Source: Bacteroidales bacterium
Lineage (GTDB): Bacteria; Bacteroidota; Bacteroidia; Bacteroidales; WCHB1-69
Reading direction: 5' to 3'
NCBI GenBank assembly: GCA_045598105.1
Contig: JAZLLK010000037.1
Location: forward strand, 34,264 to 98,263
Length of the DNA stretch: 64,000 bases
Part shown: positions 30,057 to 41,070 of the stretch, in pieces
How positions within the stretch are numbered: position 1 is the stretch's first letter
Layout: each line of letters opens with the position of its first letter
Translations under genes and position numbers: made by a program
The notes under the pieces: model-generated
Seen by the model: only the letters and a program-made list of their open reading frames with translations
What the model was told of the DNA's origin: nothing
Databases searched by the model: none

Positions 30057-32102
30057 TTATGCTGCGGTAAAGAATCGGCGTAGTAATATACTTTCCACAC
30101 CTATACACAATAGGCACAATACAATAAACCATGCGAATAATGAGGTGCCTTCTTCATTTATTTTGGCCTTTACGGCCGCAGCATTCTTGTGCTGTAGGTC
30201 CAATATTTTCAAGGTAGTAAGCCCGTATTTTTCCATATTTTCTTTTATCATGTCCTTAGTGGCAAATTCCATGGCCGACTCCTGTCGGTTATAGTTATAT
30301 GCCACATCGGTAAGGCGGGTGTGATTACATTCCACGGCATATAAGCCGGCCTGCTGTATTTGCTCATATACCCACATACGCATGAGCGATTGTGCATATT
30401 TTACCTCAGGTATAAAGGAGGTATGGTAAGTGTAGGAGCGTAATTGCGGCATATACCTTTCATCTGTATTATTTTGCACAGGTATATTAATAGGTTCATT
30501 ATATCCTATGGTATAATATAACTGCTGCTTACTACCTGCAGGCAAGCTCATATTCCACAATGTAGGTACAAACAGGGCATGCTCTACCATATTACCTGTA
30601 TGCACGCTTAGCGGAGAGCTTATGGTATATACTATGCCGTTTTCTTTTTGTTCTGCTACCAGCAGTTCATCACCATTTTCCATGCTTATTATAGTCTCCT
30701 TAGCATATCCTATGCTGCGGGAAGTGGTATAATGCCCTGTAATTACGGGTAAGTCTATATTATCGGGATACTGTTCAAATACCTGCTCATATACTGCATG
30801 TTCCATATTCAGGTTATCAACATTTAGCCGGGTAGTATCCCATTTTTCCAGTCGGGTAGTCCCCAGCACACGTTGTAGCCCGTTATTATATTCTGTCATA
30901 TTCTCGTTAGGGAATAATAACACATTACCTCCGGCACACACATATTCATCTATGGCTTTAATAAGGCCGGGTGACAGGGTGTTATCGGTTTCAAGCAGCA
31001 CCAGCTGCTGATGCTGCAAGGTGCTGTAATTCACATTTTTTACATTTACCGCTTCATATTGTACCGTACTGTCACTGCCAAAAAGCATACTGATATAGGG
31101 GTTTTCCTGACCGGTGTAGAGCTGTAGCACATGTTTCACCGTACTCAGCTGCAGGCTGAAATACATTCGGTCGTCAAAGGTAATGGGGTAGTCGGTTATT
31201 TCCACATAACCTGATTGTATGGTATCATTATCCGGGGTGAAATTCAGCATAATTTCGGCTTCGTTATCAGCATTAACGGTAACGGCGTTTATTGCCTTTT
31301 GCTTATTATTCACCACCAGTTTTACAGGAACGGCCTCTATGGCTTTACTACTATAATTATGCAGTTTTATACCTATGGTTACAAGGCTTCCGGTAGTGGG
31401 GTCAGGAGAGAGCAGCCACAGGGTGTCTATGCTTATGTTTTTCACCTTTGGTGCCGTAAGCGGCACCAAACAAACGGGCAATTCTGTACCCTGTAAGGCT
31501 TCAAAATCAGTAATAGATGACTGAAAATCGGATATATAATACAGTACCGACTCGTATTTATCGGCTTGTAATGTTTGAGCGGCGTAGTTGCACACCCTGC
31601 TCATAAGCGGAGAAGCGGGACAAGCCTGTATTTTATCTATTTCTTCTTTTATTACGGCTTTACTCACAGGTGTTTGCATAGCAGGGTTAAACTCATTGGT
31701 AAGCAAGTAGAATAGCATATCGTCATCATAGGCATCTGCTATGGCTTTAGCCTGTTGGCAGGCTTCATGAAGCACATTACCATATTTGCTTTTGTTTTCC
31801 ATAGAAAACGAATTGTCCACATATATCATCACTCGTGCTATGCTGTGTGAGGAGGCATTTTTTACCGGTATATAGGGCTTTGCTATAGCTATAACCAATG
31901 CGGCTATGGCCAGCATACGCAAAGCCAATATTATCAGTTTTTTTATTTCCGCTTCTCTTTTATGATATTGCTGCAGCGCCTGCAAAAAGGCGGTATTGGA
32001 AAAATATTGAACCTTATAACGCCTAAAATTGAATAAATGCACTATTAGTGGCAGCAATACTGCCACTAATAAAAATAGCATATAAGGGTGGGAAAACTGC
32101 AT
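30057..32102 (-). CDS. BatA-domain / vWA-like membrane protein
   Basis: N-terminal PLIVHLFNFRR BatA motif, YVDNSFSM and YISDFQ MIDAS-like motifs, C-terminal TM helix. Confidence 0.85.
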   Translation of the reverse strand: MQFSHPYMLFLLVAVLLPLIVHLFNFRRYKVQYFSNTAFLQALQQYHKREAEIKKLIILALRMLAIAALVIAIAKPYIPVKNASSHSIARVMIYVDNSFSMENKSKYGNVLHEACQQAKAIADAYDDDMLFYLLTNEFNPAMQTPVSKAVIKEEIDKIQACPASPLMSRVCNYAAQTLQADKYESVLYYISDFQSSITDFEALQGTELPVCLVPLTAPKVKNISIDTLWLLSPDPTTGSLVTIGIKLHNYSSKAIEAVPVKLVVNNKQKAINAVTVNADNEAEIMLNFTPDNDTIQSGYVEITDYPITFDDRMYFSLQLSTVKHVLQLYTGQENPYISMLFGSDSTVQYEAVNVKNVNYSTLQHQQLVLLETDNTLSPGLIKAIDEYVCAGGNVLLFPNENMTEYNNGLQRVLGTTRLEKWDTTRLNVDNLNMEHAVYEQVFEQYPDNIDLPVITGHYTTSRSIGYAKETIISMENGDELLVAEQKENGIVYTISSPLSVHTGNMVEHALFVPTLWNMSLPAGSKQQLYYTIGYNEPINIPVQNNTDERYMPQLRSYTYHTSFIPEVKYAQSLMRMWVYEQIQQAGLYAVECNHTRLTDVAYNYNRQESAMEFATKDMIKENMEKYGLTTLKILDLQHKNAAAVKAKINEEGTSLFAWFIVLCLLCIGVESILLRRFFTAA

Positions 32103-32105
32103 GGC

Positions 32106-32816
32106 TTAGTGTATGGTAAGTTGATGAAACAAATTTTCTATACCTCTACCTTCAGCACGTTTCATTAAATTTTCCATGGTATCATCAGCCTTTATGCGAC
32201 CTAAATCTATGATGATAGCTCTGCTACATATGGCTTCTACCTCTTGCATAATGTGAGTAGAGAGCAATATGGTTTTTTCTTTACCTATTTCTTTTATCAG
32301 GTTGCGTATTTCTATCAACTGGTTGGGGTCAAGCCCGGAGGTGGGCTCATCCAATATGAGCACTTCGGGATTATGTATAAGGGCATGAGCCAGGCCTACC
32401 CGCTGACGATAACCGCGTGAAAGCATGCCTATTTTTTTATGCTGTTCACGTCCCAGACCTGTTAATTCTATCATTTGTTCCACTTTCTTATTTATATGGT
32501 CCATGTGGTACACGCCGGCTACAAATTCCAGACTTTCTTTTACATACATATCCAAATACAGCGGATTGTTTTCCGGCAAATAGCCTATGCGTTTGGCTAT
32601 TTCTATAGGCTGCTCTAATACATCATATCCGCATACTTTTACCTCGCCTTCGGTTTGCGGCTGATAACAGGTGATTATTTTCATCATGGTGCTTTTGCCG
32701 GCGCCATTGGGGCCGAGCAGACCCACTATTTCACCTTTGTTTATATTGAACGATACATGGTCTAATGCTTTTTGTGTTCCAAACACTTTGGTTACCTCTT
32801 TAGCTGATATTGACAT
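32106..32816 (-). CDS. ABC transporter ATP-binding protein, GldA-like
   Basis: GPNGAGKST, LSRGYRQRVG, ILDEPTSGLDPNQ. Confidence 0.85.
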   Translation of the reverse strand: MSISAKEVTKVFGTQKALDHVSFNINKGEIVGLLGPNGAGKSTMMKIITCYQPQTEGEVKVCGYDVLEQPIEIAKRIGYLPENNPLYLDMYVKESLEFVAGVYHMDHINKKVEQMIELTGLGREQHKKIGMLSRGYRQRVGLAHALIHNPEVLILDEPTSGLDPNQLIEIRNLIKEIGKEKTILLSTHIMQEVEAICSRAIIIDLGRIKADDTMENLMKRAEGRGIENLFHQLTIH

Positions 32817-32842
32817 GATGTATGTATTTTAAGTATTATTTT

Positions 32843-33457
32843 CTATATGAATAAAAACGAAAAATCTTCATTTATTTTTGGCTGGTAGCAGTTGAACCCC
32901 AGCCGTTTACCCATTTCCACATTGGCAGCACCGTCGTCTAAGTACAGGCAACGGGAAGGCTCTATATGTGCCTGCTGTATCATGGCATGAAATATACGCT
33001 CATCGGGCTTGCACATGCCCATTTCGTACGACAGAAACACATGATGAAAATAGTCGTGTATGCTGTGGCCGTGGGTCTCAAAATATTTTTGCTTGCAATA
33101 ATCAAATACAAATTTATTAATATTGCTAAGCAATATCACCTTATAGGATTGATGCAGGTGAAGTATAAGGTCCAGCTTGTACTGTGGCAGGTCGGTAAGG
33201 AACTTAATATAGGCTTGTTTTATATCCTCTTCACTGCAGGTATGACCGGCTATTTGTTTCAGGCGGGCAAAAAACTCCTCATTGGATATTTTTCCTTCTT
33301 CAAAAAGCAAAAAAAAGCCTTTTTGTCTATAATTATCCACATAGGGGGTAATGTCACATCCTAATTCGGCAAAGGCCTGTACGCAAGCCTGCTTGTTCAA
33401 ATTGAGCAACACGCCGCCAAAATCGAATATAATAGTATTAATATGAGGACTCAGCAT
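32843..33457 (-). CDS. HAD-family phosphatase
   Basis: IFDFGGVL, LSN, KPD, YLDD. Confidence 0.9.
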   Translation of the reverse strand: MLSPHINTIIFDFGGVLLNLNKQACVQAFAELGCDITPYVDNYRQKGFFLLFEEGKISNEEFFARLKQIAGHTCSEEDIKQAYIKFLTDLPQYKLDLILHLHQSYKVILLSNINKFVFDYCKQKYFETHGHSIHDYFHHVFLSYEMGMCKPDERIFHAMIQQAHIEPSRCLYLDDGAANVEMGKRLGFNCYQPKINEDFSFLFI

Positions 33458-33996
33458 TATATATCCAATTGATAAATGTGTACATAATTACGTCCCAGCT
33501 GGTTATAGTCTAAGCCATGGCCTACTACAAACTTATCTTCCAATGCTATACCCTTATAATATATGGTGTGTGCTCCGTTATAGCGATGCGGTTTTATGGC
33601 CATGCAGGCCACCCGTATATCTTTTACCTGCATGGTGGGCAGGTAATTATACAAAAAATCTATGGTAAGCCCTGTATCTACTATGTCTTCCACTACTATT
33701 ACCCTGCGGCCGGCCAGCGGGCGGGTGGGTCCATAGTGTAATTTTACCTCTTGGGTACTATTCATACCACTATATGAGGTACATTTCATACTGCATATTT
33801 CTACGGGTATACTTATGTAACTCATAAGGTCGGCCATGAACATGGTACTACCTTCCAATACATTAAGCAATACGGGTATTTCCCCTGCATAGTCCGCATC
33901 TATTTGTGCGGCTATACGCTTTGCCGTAGCCTGTATGTCGGCATTGTCAATGTATTTACGAAATATTTTGTCGTGAACCTGTATTCGGGCATCCAT
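33457..33996 (-). CDS. hpt: Hypoxanthine phosphoribosyltransferase
   Basis: VVEDIVDTGLT PRPP-binding motif, FVVGHGLDY. Confidence 0.9.
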   Translation of the reverse strand: MDARIQVHDKIFRKYIDNADIQATAKRIAAQIDADYAGEIPVLLNVLEGSTMFMADLMSYISIPVEICSMKCTSYSGMNSTQEVKLHYGPTRPLAGRRVIVVEDIVDTGLTIDFLYNYLPTMQVKDIRVACMAIKPHRYNGAHTIYYKGIALEDKFVVGHGLDYNQLGRNYVHIYQLDI

Positions 33997-34008
33997 TTAG
34001 CGTGCGTA

Positions 34009-35901
34009 TTAGGAATTGGATTTATTCTGATTATCATCAGATGATGAAAACCATTTTTTTACATATTCGGCAAAAGGTATGTCGGGCAGACTTATTTGCT
34101 TAATGCTAAATTCAGCCTTTTCCGGTTCTTTTGGCTTATTATATATTTCACTAATTAGACTTTCATATTTTTTATACAATACAGCTCTTTTAGGCTTAAG
34201 GGTAGGGGAGAGTTCACCCGTTTGCGGTGACCACATGTCTGCAACCATTCTAAAACATTTAATTTGCTCATGCGGACTGAGGGTTTTGTTATATTTTTCT
34301 ACCTCCTTCTGCATGCGGGCCATCATGGGCGGCAAACTTATAAGTTCCACATTGTCACGATAATGTACTTTGTACTTGCTGGCCCAAAAGTGCAAATGAT
34401 TAAAATTAGGAGATATAATGGCTGAGGCAAACTTTTCGTTTTCACCTATTACCATCATATTTTCTATAAATGGTGACTCTTTAAACTTATTTTCTATCAA
34501 TTGCGGTGCCACATATTTGCCGGCACTCAATTTGAATATTTCTTTCTTTCTGTCTGTAATTTTAAGGTAACCATCAGGGGTAAACATACCTATATCACCG
34601 GTGTGAAACCATCCTTCGGCGTCTATTACCTGAGCGGTGTATGCTTCATCTTTATAATAGCCCTTCATAAGGCATGGGCCTTTGGTGAGTATTTCACCAT
34701 CTTCGGCTATTTTCACTTCCACGCCTTTCAATACTGGCCCTACGGTACCTATTTTCATTTGATGGGTGAGCGGGTTACATACGGCTATTACCGGTGAGGT
34801 TTCTGACATGCCGTAGCCTTCATGTATGTAGAATTTTGCAGCGGCAAATAGTCGCAATATTCCGGCCTGCACCGCCGAACCGCCGGTAACTATAATAAAG
34901 TAGGGGCTGCCGCCAAACTTAGCCCTCCACTTGGAATATACCAAATTATCATATAATTTGGTCATCATTCTATAGCCAAATCCTTTGTTGAAATCAAACC
35001 GCTGACCATGCTTAATGGCAGCAAAATATATGGCCTTTTGCAATCCCGGTAAATCCTTACCTGCTGAATATAACTTATCATATATCATTTCCAATATACG
35101 CGGTACCGCACAAAATCCCATGGCCTTTACCTCGGCTATGTCGTTTACTATGGTGCCCAAACCCTCGGCATAATATATGCTGAGCCCCAAATACTGGTAG
35201 TGATAATTCATACTACGCTCATACACATGACATAAGGGTAAAAAACTAAGGTTTCGGTCCTTATAAGTAAGCGGTTGGTGAGCTGCCGTAGCTACAAAAT
35301 TAACTATCAAATTTTTATGAGTGAGCATTACACCCTTAGGCGTACCTGTAGTACCTGATGTGTACACTATGGTGGCTACATCATCTTCACTTATGGCATC
35401 TTTAATAGACTTTACCTGTGATGCTACCTGCGGACCTACTTCTATACCATTACGTATCAGTGAATTTATGCCTTTTTCATCGGCTATTTCATCTATGGTA
35501 TATACGCCATGCTCCAATTTTAAATCAGGAAATACCGGCTTAACCCTGTTGTATATAGCCTTATTACCCAATATCAGCATAGTGGCATCACAATGGTTAA
35601 TAATATAACGATAATCATCCTGACTTAAGGTAGGATATACCGGCACATGTACCACTCCAAGCATGGTGAGTGCCATATCTATTATGTTAAATTCGGGACG
35701 ATTATTCATAATAGTAACCACTTTGTCACCTTTTTTAAGCCCCAAATCATACAAGCCATAACTCAATAGTGTGGCGTATTTGCAGTAATCATTAGTACTA
35801 AAATGCGTCCATGTACCATTACGCTTTCCGTTAAGCATATCGTCCTTTTGGTACTTTTCTGATAACCAATCTAATAAGTCAAATATTCTTTTTACTTCCA
35901 T
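34009..35901 (-). CDS. Long-chain fatty acid--CoA ligase
   Basis: YTSGTTGTPKG, EGYGMSET, WFHTGD; promoter TATCTTTG at 35927-35934 (minus strand). Confidence 0.92.
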   Translation of the reverse strand: MEVKRIFDLLDWLSEKYQKDDMLNGKRNGTWTHFSTNDYCKYATLLSYGLYDLGLKKGDKVVTIMNNRPEFNIIDMALTMLGVVHVPVYPTLSQDDYRYIINHCDATMLILGNKAIYNRVKPVFPDLKLEHGVYTIDEIADEKGINSLIRNGIEVGPQVASQVKSIKDAISEDDVATIVYTSGTTGTPKGVMLTHKNLIVNFVATAAHQPLTYKDRNLSFLPLCHVYERSMNYHYQYLGLSIYYAEGLGTIVNDIAEVKAMGFCAVPRILEMIYDKLYSAGKDLPGLQKAIYFAAIKHGQRFDFNKGFGYRMMTKLYDNLVYSKWRAKFGGSPYFIIVTGGSAVQAGILRLFAAAKFYIHEGYGMSETSPVIAVCNPLTHQMKIGTVGPVLKGVEVKIAEDGEILTKGPCLMKGYYKDEAYTAQVIDAEGWFHTGDIGMFTPDGYLKITDRKKEIFKLSAGKYVAPQLIENKFKESPFIENMMVIGENEKFASAIISPNFNHLHFWASKYKVHYRDNVELISLPPMMARMQKEVEKYNKTLSPHEQIKCFRMVADMWSPQTGELSPTLKPKRAVLYKKYESLISEIYNKPKEPEKAEFSIKQISLPDIPFAEYVKKWFSSSDDNQNKSNS

Positions 35902-36064
35902 TTTATTTTCCTTAAAGATAAATATGCAAAGATACCTAAAAAACAGGTAAAAACAGATAAATTATCAATAATATTTTTTAATTATTGATAATCAATTAGT
36001 TTGAATGTAAAAAAATATTCCTCATTTTTTTTCACAAAAGAGCGTATATGTAAAAAAAAAATGC

Positions 36065-36072
36065 TACCTTTG
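36065..36072 (+). promoter_or_regulatory. -7 promoter element of tRNA-Ala
   Basis: TACCTTTG just upstream of the tRNA. Confidence 0.7.
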
Positions 36073-36087
36073 CATGTCTGAACAATC

Positions 36088-36161
36088 GGGGCATTAGCTC
36101 AGTTGGCTAGAGCGTTTGACTGGCAGTCAAAAGGTCATCGGTTCGATTCCGTTATGCTCCA
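36088..36161 (+). tRNA. tRNA-Ala(GGC)
   Basis: Acceptor GGGGCAT/ATGCTCC with G3:U70; anticodon arm TTTGA-CTGGCAG-TCAAA; T-loop GTTCGA; CCA not encoded. Confidence 0.97.
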
Positions 36162-36166
36162 CAGGT

Positions 36167-36198
36167 AAAGAGAGAATTTTATCATTCTCTCTTTTTTT
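36167..36198 (+). terminator. Terminator after tRNA-Ala
   Basis: AAAGAGAGAAT...ATTCTCTCTTTTTTT. Confidence 0.75.
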
Positions 36199-36567
36199 AT
36201 TACATATATACGTTTTATACGTATAGCACCACATGCTGTAGGACAATATTTTACATTATGGTCTGCCACATGTGTTATATAAAAAAAAGAAAAAAGAGTA
36301 GAGTATACCTAAAGTTTAAGAATTTTAAATATTTATATTTTAATATACTACAAATAATTTTTGTCAAATAGTGTCAAAATTTTCAATATTATAAAAATCA
36401 ACTTTTTTATAATATATTTTTTGCTACATGCTATTAATCAATATTATACTATATTTGTTTTTTATCTTATCCAATCCTGTAAAATGGTGAATTTACTTGG
36501 TTATAAGGGCATAGGGTAGCCACATACACACGTCAAAGCGACTGCTTACAGCAGGCACCACCGGAAT

Positions 36568-37149
36568 TTAGTAAGTTTTTATTACTTTTATTACATTAGA
36601 ATAATGCATGTTATGTAATGCGTCCATGGTGCCTATGCGGTAGTAATAGATGCCTGCGTCCAGCGGACATACTTTATATTTTTTCTTACTCGTAAGCAGT
36701 CCGTTATAGGGCATTACTATGTGTTCAAAATTACTGTCGGTACTTAAATAAAAGTAGTATTCGTTTCTTTTCAGCTTACGTTTCCAGCAGGCTACCAGTC
36801 CTTTTGCGTTTATTTTGGCCGGCATGGCCAGTGGGGGAGTAAGCACCCGGTACATACTTTGTTCGCTGTGTCCGTTGTGTTCAAATACATAGCTGCGGGC
36901 ATATATACCATATATGGCTCCGGGTATAATATGCTCATTTATGGTTATTTCATTATTACCCACATAAAAGTTCTGCTGACGGGTACCCGTGAGTATTATT
37001 TCATAGCCGTCGGCATGAGTTACAGGTTGCCATTGTAAATATATGGCATGAGGCTGTACCATAATATGTGTCCACATAGGTGGCGTAAGCACAGGCTGTG
37101 CCATGGCACAGGTGTACATCATCAGACTTATATATATCCACTTTTTCAT
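36568..37149 (-). CDS. Secreted protein with fibronectin type III-like domain(s)
   Basis: Signal peptide, LQWQPVTHADGYEI and GIYYYRI patterns. Confidence 0.55.
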   Translation of the reverse strand: MKKWIYISLMMYTCAMAQPVLTPPMWTHIMVQPHAIYLQWQPVTHADGYEIILTGTRQQNFYVGNNEITINEHIIPGAIYGIYARSYVFEHNGHSEQSMYRVLTPPLAMPAKINAKGLVACWKRKLKRNEYYFYLSTDSNFEHIVMPYNGLLTSKKKYKVCPLDAGIYYYRIGTMDALHNMHYSNVIKVIKTY

Positions 37150-37235
37150 GTTGCAAAAGTAGTATTTTTTTATCTATATACAGTCATAAAGCCGTACAAT
37201 TATTCTTTACATTATATATATACGCCCTCACGGGC

Positions 37236-37269
37236 AAAAAAAAGGAGGACTCCTTAGGAATCCTCCTTT
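37236..37269 (-). terminator. Terminator after the M16 peptidase
   Basis: AAAGGAGGA...TCCTCCTTT stem with a T-run on the minus strand. Confidence 0.7.
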
Positions 37270-37288
37270 AGTATGTACGGCTGAACTG

Positions 37289-40198
37289 TTAGTATCCGAA
37301 TATAGTTTCCAGTTTCAGTACTTTAACTTTACCTATTTTCTTCAAATATTTCATATCCATAGCTTTGGTATCACCTACTATCATATAAGTAGTGGGCTTA
37401 CCGGTAATGTATGTTTGTTGGAAATTCTTAATATCGTTGAAAGTGAGGTTAGGCAGTGCGTTGAATTCAGCTTCTCTGGGGTCTTTGTTCAAGCCCATAC
37501 GTTTCAAATATAAGTATGTCCACACCTTGGAATCTTTGGTAATTCTTTCGGTACGTATAGCCTTAATAGCGGCTTCTTTGGCCAAATTGAAAGAGTTTTC
37601 ATTTTCTGGCATATTGGCATATAATTCTTTAAAAGCGTCTATGGATTGGGCTATTTTGTCATTACCGCAACCTATGTATGACACATTGGTACTTAAACGA
37701 TCCAAACGGCCGGGTTGGCTATACCCTGCAGCTGCAGTATAAGCCAAAGCACGTGCTTCACGCAATTCCTGAAATACTATAGAATTCATGCTTCCGCCAA
37801 AATAATTGTTGTACAAGTCTATTACAGGTGACAATTCAGGATTGAATTTTTCACCAAACGATACGGCATACACCACCATTTGAGGTGCATCATAATGAGC
37901 TATAAGCACTCTGTCTTTGGTTTGTACATCTTCATGTATAGCCAAAGGAGCGGGTACGTCTTTCAAATCTTTAGGATTGTGTATATTATCTATAGCTTCT
38001 ATTACCTGTGAAGGAGTCATAGGACCATAGTATATAGCATAGTGTTTGTATTTTATCCATTCCTGTAATTTAGCTATCATTTGTTCGGGAGTAAGGGCTT
38101 TCAATTCTTTTTCGGACAATTGGAGAGCCAAACCCGGATTTTGAGGACCATATATACCATAATTTACCAGGCGTCCGGTAATGGAACCCTGATTACTCTT
38201 GGCATTTTCTCTGCTTTTGAGTACGTCACTTATCATATTATCCCATGCTTCCTTGTTAGGTTTGGCATTATTGATAATATGTTCCAACAGACGCATTACT
38301 TCAGTCATATTTTTGCTTAAACCGCTCAGTGTTACATAGCTGCGGTCGCCGCTGGCGCTCATACTGAAATTACAACCCAAACGATACAATTCTTCTTTTA
38401 TTTGTTCCGGAGTGTAGCGGTCGGTACCCAAATATTCCAAATAGCCGGAAGCATAATTTAAATATTTGTCATTATAGGTGCCCATTTCAAATACATAACT
38501 CAAGGTAAACAATTCATTGTCTTCGTTTTTGGTGTAATATACCTGTACGCCGTTTTGAGCAGGCAACATTTTTATATCATTTTGAATATCCAAATATACA
38601 GGTTCTATATCTTTTACGGTACGTTTTTCTACCTCGGCAACAAATTCACTCTTATCATCACGATTTATTTTAATAGGAGTAGCTTTGGGTTTCTTTACTT
38701 TGTCTATGTCGGAGGCTTTGCCTTTACGTTTGTACACTACTACGTAATTATCTTTGGTTAAATATTTTTTAGCAAAATCCATAATTTGCTGTTTGGTTAT
38801 TTTAGCCAGCTCATCATATTGATTTACCTGGTCTTTCCATGGTATATCCAAGTAGAATGATTCTTCCATCATGTCTACACGGCCGGCATTGCTTTCTATG
38901 CTGTTCATTTCACGTTTACGCATTTCATTAATAGATGCTTCCAGCAACCAATCAGGGAAATCACCTTTAGCCAGTTTTTCTATTTGTTCCAGCAGTATGT
39001 CCTTTACTTCTTCCAGGGTTTGACCGGCTTTAGGTGAACCATACATTTGTAAATAGGAGTAGTCGTGAAGCATGGCAGGGCTGCTGCCTGCATTAAGACA
39101 ACGTTGTTTCTGGTTAATATTCAAATCCACCAGGCCTGCATAGCCATTAGTCAATATCATATCGGCCATAACCAACAAAGGTATTTCTTCACTGTTAGGA
39201 TTACCAAAACGCCATGCTAAATATACGTATTCAGCGTCTTTACCTACCACTTCTTTTACTATAGGGCTGGTAATAGGAGCTTCGGGAGTGAATGTAAAAG
39301 CAGGTACTTCTTTGCTCTTTAACTGTCCCATATATTTATCTACTATTTGTATAGCTTCATCGGGATTAAAATCTCCGGCCATAATAATAGCCATATTGTT
39401 AGGAACATAATATTTGTCAAAGAATGTTTTCACATTGGTAATGGAAGGATTTCTTAAGTCTTTTTGGGTACCTATGGTAGTTTGGGTACCATAAGGATGG
39501 TGGGGGAATAAGGCTTCCATTAAAGCGGTACTGGCTCTACGACGGTCTTGGGTAAGTGTCATATTTTTTTCTTCGTATATAGTTTCCAATTCGGTATGGA
39601 ACAAACGTAATACCGGATATTGGAAACGGTCAGCCTGTATATAGAAGAAGTTATCTAATTGATTAGAAGGTATTTCTTCATAATAATTGGTGAAATCAAT
39701 CCATGTGGCGGCATTGGTACCGGTAGAACCTATGGCAGACATCAGCTTGTCATATTCATTAGGAATAGCATATTGAGCGGCCAATTGTGATACGCTGTCT
39801 ATTTGCTTATATATAGCTTTTCGTTCAGCTGTATTGGCTTCATCTATTTTACGGTACTGCTCAAACAACCTTTCTATTTCATTCAACAAAGGTTCTTCTT
39901 TAGCATAATCTTTAGTACCAAAATGTTGTGTTCCTTTGAACATAAGATGCTCAAAATAGTGGGCCAAACCCGTGGTTTCGGCAGGGTCGTTCTTACTACC
40001 GGCTTTGGTAGCAATGGTAATTTTAATAGTCGGTTGATCTTTATACACCGACATGTACACTTTCAAACCGTTGTCTAATGTGTATATACGAGCCTTAATA
40101 GGGTCGTTAGGAACGGTTTCATACTTGTACTGCTTTTGCGCAGTTACGCTTCCCAGCATAAATGCCAGCATGAGCGCACTTAAAAATAACTTTTTCAT
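37289..40198 (-). CDS. M16-family (insulinase-like) zinc peptidase
   Basis: GLAHYFEHLMFKGT inverted HXXEH, ELREARALAY, signal peptide. Confidence 0.93.
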   Translation of the reverse strand: MKKLFLSALMLAFMLGSVTAQKQYKYETVPNDPIKARIYTLDNGLKVYMSVYKDQPTIKITIATKAGSKNDPAETTGLAHYFEHLMFKGTQHFGTKDYAKEEPLLNEIERLFEQYRKIDEANTAERKAIYKQIDSVSQLAAQYAIPNEYDKLMSAIGSTGTNAATWIDFTNYYEEIPSNQLDNFFYIQADRFQYPVLRLFHTELETIYEEKNMTLTQDRRRASTALMEALFPHHPYGTQTTIGTQKDLRNPSITNVKTFFDKYYVPNNMAIIMAGDFNPDEAIQIVDKYMGQLKSKEVPAFTFTPEAPITSPIVKEVVGKDAEYVYLAWRFGNPNSEEIPLLVMADMILTNGYAGLVDLNINQKQRCLNAGSSPAMLHDYSYLQMYGSPKAGQTLEEVKDILLEQIEKLAKGDFPDWLLEASINEMRKREMNSIESNAGRVDMMEESFYLDIPWKDQVNQYDELAKITKQQIMDFAKKYLTKDNYVVVYKRKGKASDIDKVKKPKATPIKINRDDKSEFVAEVEKRTVKDIEPVYLDIQNDIKMLPAQNGVQVYYTKNEDNELFTLSYVFEMGTYNDKYLNYASGYLEYLGTDRYTPEQIKEELYRLGCNFSMSASGDRSYVTLSGLSKNMTEVMRLLEHIINNAKPNKEAWDNMISDVLKSRENAKSNQGSITGRLVNYGIYGPQNPGLALQLSEKELKALTPEQMIAKLQEWIKYKHYAIYYGPMTPSQVIEAIDNIHNPKDLKDVPAPLAIHEDVQTKDRVLIAHYDAPQMVVYAVSFGEKFNPELSPVIDLYNNYFGGSMNSIVFQELREARALAYTAAAGYSQPGRLDRLSTNVSYIGCGNDKIAQSIDAFKELYANMPENENSFNLAKEAAIKAIRTERITKDSKVWTYLYLKRMGLNKDPREAEFNALPNLTFNDIKNFQQTYITGKPTTYMIVGDTKAMDMKYLKKIGKVKVLKLETIFGY

Positions 40199-40287
40199 AT
40201 TGAGAAATTTTTGTTAATATTTATTTTTTCTACTACAATATCGGTATTGCTTACAGCAATAAAAAATTAACGAAATGCTATATGGTT

Positions 40288-41070
40288 TTAGTATTCTATA
40301 TTCAAATTTAACATTATTTTAAAGTCATTAATTTTATGGTTTTTCTCTACCATATATTTGTATATTTCATCAGGATTACTCCTGTCTATCATTTGTTGAG
40401 GTCCATCAACATGCTGAACGGGTATGTTTAATACAAACTCCTGTTCATAGCATTTTTCCATACGTTCCAGCACTGTATCCATTATAAGTTTAACTTCATT
40501 TTGCAGGTAAACGCTGTTTACCGATATGGTAATGTGTTTTCCGTTTATGCTCATGTCGGCCTCATTCTTCAGGTAACACCATGTAAGATAACTTTTTTCT
40601 TTCATGTCATCTATATAGCGATTCATTTGTATAAGCATGTCGTCATCATTGCCGGTGTGTTCCTCTTCCTCGTTGCTCATGCGGTCTGGAATTACATCAG
40701 GATCCATTATCTCCACATCGGCTTCGGTAACAGGTTCCTGAGGTATGGCTAAGGTAGCTTGTACACTATTATCTTTAGGAACTTCGGCTTCCTGCTCGTC
40801 CTCATTGTCATTGTTACCGACAGCCGCCAATATAGGTGTAGCAGCGGTAGCTGCACCGTTATCTAACTGAGCTGCAGCTGCTTTAGCAGGCATCACATCG
40901 GCTACTTGCGTATTTACCACATCTTTGGTTACAGTGGGGGTAATAGATACAGTAGGCCGCTTAAAAACGCGACTTACAGGAGTAGGGCAGTTGTTTTCTA
41001 CTCCTAATGCTTCTTCTTTTCCCTCCTTACTGCCGTTAATAAGTACGTCCTCACGCTTGCCTGACCTTGT
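40288..41070 (-). CDS. Probable C-terminal part of DNA polymerase III tau, in the +1 frame relative to dnaX
   Basis: Frame open 41070-40288, overlapping the dnaX stop by 20 nt; Ala/Pro/acidic linker then YMVEKNHKINDFKIMLNL, like Bacteroidetes tau C-termini. Confidence 0.6.
   Translation of the reverse strand, partial: TRSGKREDVLINGSKEGKEEALGVENNCPTPVSRVFKRPTVSITPTVTKDVVNTQVADVMPAKAAAAQLDNGAATAATPILAAVGNNDNEDEQEAEVPKDNSVQATLAIPQEPVTEADVEIMDPDVIPDRMSNEEEEHTGNDDDMLIQMNRYIDDMKEKSYLTWCYLKNEADMSINGKHITISVNSVYLQNEVKLIMDTVLERMEKCYEQEFVLNIPVQHVDGPQQMIDRSNPDEIYKYMVEKNHKINDFKIMLNLNIEY

Noticed and set aside
35665-35692. dif-like sequence with a perfect TTATGTTAAAT arm
   Set aside because: Inside the acyl-CoA ligase CDS and the left arm lacks the inner CATAA; the same 11-mer also occurs in pckA at 15145
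36088-36560. tRNA-Ala as an integration site
   Set aside because: No integrase and no duplicated tRNA 3' end seen in the window
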